A stretch of 64,000 nucleotides of DNA from an archaeon (GTDB taxonomy: Archaea; Nanobdellota; Nanobdellia; Pacearchaeales; GW2011-AR1), in contig JAJRTJ010000001.1 of NCBI GenBank assembly GCA_024278335.1, positions 94,020-158,019 of the forward strand, in the 5' to 3' direction. Made by a program: the position numbers and the translations under genes. Below the pieces are notes generated by a model. It was not told the DNA's origin, did no database searches, and saw only the letters and a list, made by a program, of their open reading frames with translations. Numbering within the stretch: position 1 is the stretch's first letter; every line of letters begins with the position of its first letter. Positions 58,196-64,000 of this stretch are shown here, one piece after another.

Positions 58196-58289
58196 TTACA
58201 CGTCTAAATCTGCCTCCCTGGTTTGGCTCATCAGAGACGAGCTAGTGGCGGCAAATCGAGATTCTCTACACATCGAGATTTGCCTCCCG
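58196..58289 (-). repeat. Recoded duplication of the gyrB C-terminal codons (REANLDV* / READLDV*)
   Basis: 58266-58289 versus 58196-58219, offset 70, 18/24 nt identical, 6/7 aa identical. Confidence 0.8.
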
Positions 58290-60158
58290 AGCATTTTCTG
58301 CAATAAACTCTTTTCTGCCAGCAACATCACTTCCCATAAGCATAGTAAATACCTGGTCTGCCTCTACTGCATCTTCAACATGAATCTTTTTTAACTTTCT
58401 TGTTTTAGGATTCATTGTTGTTTCCCAAAGCTGAGAAGCACTCATCTCTCCCAACCCCTTGAATCTTGTAACATTTGGGTTGGCAACTCCCTTAGTTAAT
58501 TCCTTTAATTCCTCCTCGCTGTAAACATAGTGGTCAGTTTTTTTCCTGACTCTAAACAAAGGAGGCATTGCTCCATAAACATATCCTTTTTCAACAAGCT
58601 CGGGCATAAACCTGTAAAAAAAAGTTAAAAGAAGTGTCTTAATATGCCCCCCATCAACATCTGCATCAGTCATAATAATAATTTTATTGTATCTTAATTT
58701 ATCTATATTAAATTCATCTCCAACTCCGGTCCCAATTGCAGTTATTAAATTAGCAATTTCTTCAGACGAAAGAGCCTTGGCAGGATTTACTTTTTCAACA
58801 TTCAAAATTTTTCCTCTTAAGGGAAGAATGGCCTGAGTTTCCCGATTTCGCGCAGTTTTTGCAGAACCACCTGCTGAATTACCTTCTACAATATAAAGCT
58901 CAGTATTTTCAGATTTTTTGCTTGAGCAGTCAGCCAACTTTCCTGGAAGCCCCCCAACACCAAAAGCATTTTTTCTCCTAACCAAATCTTTTGCCTTTTT
59001 AGCAGCTAATCGCGCTTTAGCAGAATCCATTGCCTTAGCAACAATTTTCTTTGCAGCAGCAGGGTTTTCTTCTAAATATTCTGACAATGCAATTGAACAC
59101 GCAGAATCAACATATCCTTTAATCTCAGAATTTCCCAGTTTTGTCTTAGTCTGCCCTTCAAACTGAGGATTGGCCAGCTTAATGCTGATAACTGCAGTAA
59201 CCCCTTCCCGAACATCGTCTCCAAGCAAAGTTCCGCTTTTCAAAGTTCCTTTTTTCTTAGCATAATCATTCACTGCACGAGTCAAAGCAGTTCTAAAACC
59301 AGTAACATGAGTTCCCCCTTCAACAGTATTAATTGTATTAACAAAACCAAAAATATTTTCTTGATATGCACTTGTATACTGAAATGCAATTTCTATCATT
59401 ACTCCTTCAACCTCTCTCTTGAAATAAAAAGGCTTATGCAATGGCTCCCTTGACTTATTCAACCATTTTACAAAATCCACCAAACCTCCTGCAGCAAAAA
59501 ATTCTTCTTTCTTGTTTGGCTTATCTTTTCTTTTATCTTCAAGAAAAATTCTTAGTCCAGCATTTAAAAAAGTAGTCTCCCTAAACCGAGTCTCTAAAAC
59601 TTTATAATCAAAAACCAACGTAGAAAAAATTTCTGGGTCAGGATAAAAAGTAATTTTAGTCCCACTTTCCTTAGTTTTCCCAACTTCTTTAAGTTTAGTC
59701 AAAGGCTTTCCTCTTGAATATTCTTGTTTGTAAATCTTTCCCCCTCTTTTAATTTCAAGAATTAATTTTTCTGAAAGGGCATTTACACAAGAAACCCCTA
59801 CACCATGAAGCCCTCCTGAAATTGCATAAGACTTGCTGTCAAATTTTCCTCCTGCATGAAGTTTTGTTAATGCAACCTCGCAGGCAGGAATTTTAAACTG
59901 AGGATGCTTGTCAACAGGAATCCCCCGCCCATTATCTTCAATTGTAATAGAACCATCTTCATTCAAAGTTACAAAAATCTTGTCGCAATATCCCGCCATT
60001 GCCTCATCAACAGCATTATCAACAACTTCCCAGACAAGATGATGAAGCCCTTCCTTTGAGGTGCTTCCAATATACATTGCAGGCCTCATTCTCACCCCTT
60101 CAAGACCTTCTAAAACCTTAATTGCCTTTGCGCCATAATCACTTTTTTTATCTGCCAT
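58266..60158 (-). CDS. gyrB: DNA gyrase subunit B
   Basis: EVVDNAVDE, DNGRGIP, LHAGGKF, GGLHGVG, IVEGNSAGGS, PLRGKILN, MTDADVDG, KGLGEM. Confidence 0.96.
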   Translation of the reverse strand: MADKKSDYGAKAIKVLEGLEGVRMRPAMYIGSTSKEGLHHLVWEVVDNAVDEAMAGYCDKIFVTLNEDGSITIEDNGRGIPVDKHPQFKIPACEVALTKLHAGGKFDSKSYAISGGLHGVGVSCVNALSEKLILEIKRGGKIYKQEYSRGKPLTKLKEVGKTKESGTKITFYPDPEIFSTLVFDYKVLETRFRETTFLNAGLRIFLEDKRKDKPNKKEEFFAAGGLVDFVKWLNKSREPLHKPFYFKREVEGVMIEIAFQYTSAYQENIFGFVNTINTVEGGTHVTGFRTALTRAVNDYAKKKGTLKSGTLLGDDVREGVTAVISIKLANPQFEGQTKTKLGNSEIKGYVDSACSIALSEYLEENPAAAKKIVAKAMDSAKARLAAKKAKDLVRRKNAFGVGGLPGKLADCSSKKSENTELYIVEGNSAGGSAKTARNRETQAILPLRGKILNVEKVNPAKALSSEEIANLITAIGTGVGDEFNIDKLRYNKIIIMTDADVDGGHIKTLLLTFFYRFMPELVEKGYVYGAMPPLFRVRKKTDHYVYSEEELKELTKGVANPNVTRFKGLGEMSASQLWETTMNPKTRKLKKIHVEDAVEADQVFTMLMGSDVAGRKEFIAENAREANLDV

Positions 60159-60277
60159 ATTATAAAAACCTAAATTTTATTAAAATTTTCAGTTTATAAA
60201 ATAAGAAAATCAGGTTAGTTTATAAACCTTTTTGTGTTTTTTATCGTCGATAAAACGATTTTTAGAGAAAAATTTCC

Positions 60278-60469
60278 TTAATCTCTAATCCCAAATCTTT
60301 CAGAAATCTCATGGCTACTTATTTCTCTTAATTTCCCAGTTTTATACATTTCATCAAATATTCTAAGCCAATAATTGCCATCCATCAACTCATAAACTCT
60401 CTTAAAAAATTCAACAACTCCCCTTTTACCCCCAATAATCCTTCTAACATAAAATAAATAATCCAACAT
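60278..60469 (-). CDS. Small hypothetical protein
   Basis: 63 aa; start uncertain. Confidence 0.35.
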   Translation of the reverse strand: MLDYLFYVRRIIGGKRGVVEFFKRVYELMDGNYWLRIFDEMYKTGKLREISSHEISERFGIRD

Positions 60470-60517
60470 ATTATTTAAAGATATTTATAAAATTATTATA
60501 ATAAATTCAAAACACCC

Positions 60518-62146
60518 CTAATTCAAAACTTGTTTCATTCTGTTTTGAAGCTCTAATTCTAACTCTAATTTCTTTCTTTTCAATTCTTCTTCATACTCTT
60601 GAATATGCTGTCTTAATTTTAATTCATATTCATTGTTTAATTCCTGCCTCAAAAGTTTCTCTTTTTTAGCAATTGCTTTATGAAGTTCTTTTTTAAATTT
60701 CTCAGAAAACTTAGTATGAAGCTCCTGCTTTTTTTGATTTAAAATCTTATTAGAATTCTGAACAAGTTTTTTCTTCTCTATTTCAAAATTTTTCTTAGCA
60801 AACTCAATTTCTCTGCTTTTTTTCTCTAATTGAGATTGCTCTTTTTTAAATTTCTCTTCCAACTGCTTTTGTTTGTTCTTAAACTTTGTCTCCAAAGCAC
60901 TTAATTTATTTTTAATCTTTTTATCAAAAACAGCCTTGATAATTGCTTTTTTCTTTTTTATTTCTTGGTCAGCATGAGATTTTAACTGAGATTTATATTT
61001 TTCTGCCAAAGAAACTTTAATATTTTCTAACTTTTCCCTTAATTCCTTGTGAAATTTCTCTGACAAGCTTTTCTGAATCTCATCATGAAGCTTGGACTTG
61101 GTTTTGCTCTTATATTCTTCAGAAAGCTGAATTTTTGCTTCTTTAATCCTTTTTTGAAGCATAGAATAAAATTTCTTAGCAACTTCTTTCTGCAGTTGTT
61201 CTCTGACCTTTTTCTGATATTCCTGCTCCAAAATATTTTTCTTTTTTTCTAAAAGCAACTCGTTTTGCTTTTTCCTCTTCTCAAGCTCTTTTTCTAATTT
61301 TAATTTTCTTTTCAAATATTTTTTATTTTCCTGCAGTTCTTTTTCTTTTGCTTCTTTCTTTAATTTCTGCCTTAATTCCTCTAATTTTCTTTTTAATTCA
61401 AGGCAGTCTTTATCTTTTCTTAACTGCTCCTCAATCTTTTTTGCATATTCTTTTTCAAGGCTTTTTTGTGCTCTCTGTCTTTCCTTTAAAGACTCTTGAG
61501 CCATTTTAATGTGTTCTCTTTCAAGTTCTTCCCTTAATTTTCGCTCTTTAGCATCAAATTCTTTTTCCAAAGCAAGGCGATATTTCTTCAAATCATTTTT
61601 CATCTTTTGTTTTTTAGAATTAAATTTCTTAACTAACTCAGCATATTTCTCTTTATACACACTTTCCCGCTCATCTAAATCTTTTCTTAAAGAAGCTTCA
61701 ATTTCAAGCTCTTTCTTTTTAATTCTCTCAGAAAGGGAAGTTTCAAGATTCTTGATAAAGGAATCAAAGTCATGCTCTACTAAAATTTCTACATTTTTAT
61801 CCACGGGCCCTATTTTTTTCTGTTGAAACTTGTCAATCTTAGAACTTAATTCCCCAACTTCTTGTTTTATTTTAATTAAATCTTTATTTGAATTATTCCT
61901 CTTTTTCTTTTTTGGAGAAAACTTATGATTTATTTTTAATTTCAATTCTTTTAATTTTTGTTCAATTAAAGGGATATCAGAAACATTTTTTAATCTAGCT
62001 CTAATTGCCTGCTCTTCTCTAGCAAAACCTCTTGTATCAAGACTATTAAGCTCTTGCTCTAACTCTTTCAGGCGCTCAACTCCCCTTGCATAAATCTCAA
62101 AATCTTTCTTAGCTTGCACTGGAGTTTTCACAACTCTTTTCACCAT
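60518..62146 (-). CDS. Long K/E-rich coiled-coil protein
   Basis: 542 aa, nearly continuous heptad-like K/E/L/Q helix with no TM segment. Confidence 0.75.
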   Translation of the reverse strand: MVKRVVKTPVQAKKDFEIYARGVERLKELEQELNSLDTRGFAREEQAIRARLKNVSDIPLIEQKLKELKLKINHKFSPKKKKRNNSNKDLIKIKQEVGELSSKIDKFQQKKIGPVDKNVEILVEHDFDSFIKNLETSLSERIKKKELEIEASLRKDLDERESVYKEKYAELVKKFNSKKQKMKNDLKKYRLALEKEFDAKERKLREELEREHIKMAQESLKERQRAQKSLEKEYAKKIEEQLRKDKDCLELKRKLEELRQKLKKEAKEKELQENKKYLKRKLKLEKELEKRKKQNELLLEKKKNILEQEYQKKVREQLQKEVAKKFYSMLQKRIKEAKIQLSEEYKSKTKSKLHDEIQKSLSEKFHKELREKLENIKVSLAEKYKSQLKSHADQEIKKKKAIIKAVFDKKIKNKLSALETKFKNKQKQLEEKFKKEQSQLEKKSREIEFAKKNFEIEKKKLVQNSNKILNQKKQELHTKFSEKFKKELHKAIAKKEKLLRQELNNEYELKLRQHIQEYEEELKRKKLELELELQNRMKQVLN

Positions 62147-62187
62147 CTTTTATATTTTGTAAAATATATTTTAACTTTTATATGTTT

Positions 62188-63396
62188 CTATCCAGTTAAA
62201 ACGCTTGTATCATATCCTTGTTTTTCAAGATTTTGAGCAGAAAATTTTTTTGAACCTAAAACATCTCCTAATCCTAATTCCTTAATATCATACCCCTCTT
62301 CTTTCCATTGTTTTAGCTTCTTTTTAATCAAATCATGTTTCTTGGCTTTTTTCAAAGATTGAACTGTCTTTTTTCTTTCTTGATATTTATGAACAATTTT
62401 TTTGAGAGCTTTTTTATGAAGGTGCTTGAATTTTTTCTTAATTTTCTTTCTCTGTTCCTTTGTTCTTGCTTGAGAAAGTCTTCTCAACCTTTCTCTTTTA
62501 AGTGCAAAACTAACTGAATGAATCTCTCTTCGTTGTTGCCTTCTCAATTCTCCAACAATTGCAATTCTCTCATAAATTAAGAAAATAATTACTAAAAAAA
62601 CTATTAGAAAAAGAGCAAAGACAATTATCATCAAATAAGTAAAGGAAACATTTGTAGATTGCCTTTCTTTTTTAGAAACTGAAAACAAATAATTAGAAGA
62701 ACTCATCATATCTTCTCTCCCTCCAATTAAAACAGCCAAAACATAATCGCCGAATTCAGTATTTTTTGGAAGAGTCAGAGTCTTTGTAAAGGAAGTTTGT
62801 GACCCTCCAAGAACCATGGATTCTTCTTCAGATAAAAGTAGTTCTGAATCAAGATTATAAACAAGATAAGAAACTGTAACTGCATGTTCATTTGTATCAT
62901 TAAGATTAAATGCACTTACTTCAATAAAAAGATTCTCTCCCGGGCTTGTTTGTTTGTATTCAGGAGCAATTTTTAAATCAAGGACAAATAAAGGATTATT
63001 GCTTCTGATTTCAAGAATAACAGGAATGTTTTTTTTATCCCTCTCAGATTGAACAATCAAAGAACCAATATAAACCCCCGGGCCATAGGTGAGGTTTTCA
63101 TCTTCAAAATTAATTAAAATCTCTTTTTTCCCACGGGCATTTACCTTAAATTCAGAAGGATTTATCTGAACAAGACCTTTTAAGTTTTTAGAATTTATTT
63201 TAAAAGTTTCTTCTTTGTCTTCTTTATTGAAAATAGTGAACCCAGTAGTAATTTCCTCTCCTTGCTTTAAAGAATATTTTAATAAAAGTGTATTAACTTC
63301 AAAAGATTCAGAAGTTTTATCCGGAAAAAACAGATAAGAAAATCCTGCAATAATAACAATTAATAAAGAGAATCCGATAATAATTCTTTTATTCAT
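62188..63396 (-). CDS. Membrane-anchored Ig-like-domain protein with a very basic cytoplasmic tail
   Basis: N-terminal TM helix, beta-rich middle (GVYIGSL, GDYVL), second TM helix, R/K-rich tail with W.EEGYD. Confidence 0.7.
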   Translation of the reverse strand: MNKRIIIGFSLLIVIIAGFSYLFFPDKTSESFEVNTLLLKYSLKQGEEITTGFTIFNKEDKEETFKINSKNLKGLVQINPSEFKVNARGKKEILINFEDENLTYGPGVYIGSLIVQSERDKKNIPVILEIRSNNPLFVLDLKIAPEYKQTSPGENLFIEVSAFNLNDTNEHAVTVSYLVYNLDSELLLSEEESMVLGGSQTSFTKTLTLPKNTEFGDYVLAVLIGGREDMMSSSNYLFSVSKKERQSTNVSFTYLMIIVFALFLIVFLVIIFLIYERIAIVGELRRQQRREIHSVSFALKRERLRRLSQARTKEQRKKIKKKFKHLHKKALKKIVHKYQERKKTVQSLKKAKKHDLIKKKLKQWKEEGYDIKELGLGDVLGSKKFSAQNLEKQGYDTSVLTG

Positions 63397-63397
63397 T

Positions 63398-64000
63398 TTA
63401 CCCCTTCCTTTCTTTTAATTGATTAAGAATCTTTTTATATCTTATGATTAGGAAAATAATGATTAAAAAAATTGCAGATAAAATCCCTATTATAATGTAA
63501 AGTAAAGAAGAAGGGCTTTCATCTTTTCCTTTGATTTTGAATTGAGAGCTTGCAGTTGCAATCCCCCCAGAATAAATAACTTCTGCTCCAAGAATATATG
63601 TCCCTGCAGGAAGCTCTGCAACAGAGAAATCCCGAGAATAAGATTTTTGCTTAAACACTGCAATTGTCTCGCTTTCACTTAAATAAGTCTTTCCAGCAAA
63701 ATCTTTGATAGTATACTTCACGGTTACGTCTGCTTCCTCCTGCAATCCTGCCTGCAATAAAGAAATTTGAGCAGTTAATTTTTCTTGATTTTGAATAACT
63801 TTAAATTCATTTAAAAGGTCTACAGAAATATCAAACAAGCTTTTTTCTGAATTAACATTAAGAGTTACAGGAATTTGAAATTCAGTTCCCTTTGCTTTTA
63901 AGATAATCTTTCCAGTATAAATTCCGGTTTCCTTTGGAGAATGAATCGTAAATTCTAAAATTTTCCTTTGTCTTGATGCAAGAACAACCGCTTTTTGATT
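63398..64000 (-). CDS. Membrane-anchored Ig-like-domain surface protein (5' partial)
   Basis: Frame is open to the window edge (GIYTGKI...LFDISV...GTYILG) with a C-terminal TM helix. Similar beta pattern to 62188-63396. Confidence 0.7.
   Translation of the reverse strand, partial: NQKAVVLASRQRKILEFTIHSPKETGIYTGKIILKAKGTEFQIPVTLNVNSEKSLFDISVDLLNEFKVIQNQEKLTAQISLLQAGLQEEADVTVKYTIKDFAGKTYLSESETIAVFKQKSYSRDFSVAELPAGTYILGAEVIYSGGIATASSQFKIKGKDESPSSLLYIIIGILSAIFLIIIFLIIRYKKILNQLKERKG

Noticed and set aside
58199-58240. Hammerhead ribozyme in the gyrB insert (CGTCT-CTGATGA-GCC...GGC...AGACG on the minus strand)
   Set aside because: Stem I, CUGAUGA and a stem II are present, but GAAA, stem III and the NUH cleavage triplet are missing.
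58191-58268. gyrB TAG readthrough ending in an ATGA overlap with the HD gene as evidence for recoding
   Set aside because: A one-in-three frame coincidence. The extension needs two TAGs and is better explained by the insertion.
51229-58289. Diversity-generating retroelement TR/VR pairs for the gene-end duplications
   Set aside because: The mismatches are not adenine-specific, the repeats are too short, and there is no reverse transcriptase in the window.
55033-60158. Bacterial-type gyrase in an archaeon as a novelty
   Set aside because: Gyrase is already known in several archaeal lineages, including some DPANN.

Overview
AT-rich, gene-dense chromosomal window from a DPANN archaeon, most consistent with Ca. 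Pacearchaeota (inferred from the gene set, not proven). The archaeal informational genes are uL16/L10e, eL33/L35Ae, uS10, eS6, aIF2-gamma, aIF5B, a thermosome subunit and Ser/Trp/Tyr-tRNA synthetases. The window also has a bacterial-type gyrB...gyrA pair and six tRNAs (Arg-GCG, Ser-GGA, Asp-GTC, Gly-GCC, Val-TAC, and Tyr-GTA with a 78-nt BHB intron). Other genes include a MacAB/LolCDE-like ABC system, a glycosyltransferase cluster, redox genes and many lineage-specific hypotheticals. No CRISPR array, rRNA, transposase or integrase was seen. Three signals are not explained by the gene list. (1) Four hairpin-rich micro-insertions of 51-89 bp duplicate a gene end (3' ends of gyrB, aIF5B and tRNA-Val; 5' end of tRNA-Asp). 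In the two protein genes the second copy is largely synonymously recoded, and the spacers share short motifs, suggesting a family of gene-end-restoring miniature elements. (2) Several genes, including gyrA and a Cas4/AddB-like nuclease, are interrupted by a single in-frame TAG, while no equivalent TAA/TGA break was seen in a recognisable gene. This could be amber readthrough or consensus errors. (3) Two directly repeated, covarying stem-loop motifs, plus GNA-triloop mini-hairpins, flank an orphan ORF at 22.4-23.6 kb. All calls come from reading the sequence by eye, and no database search was run.
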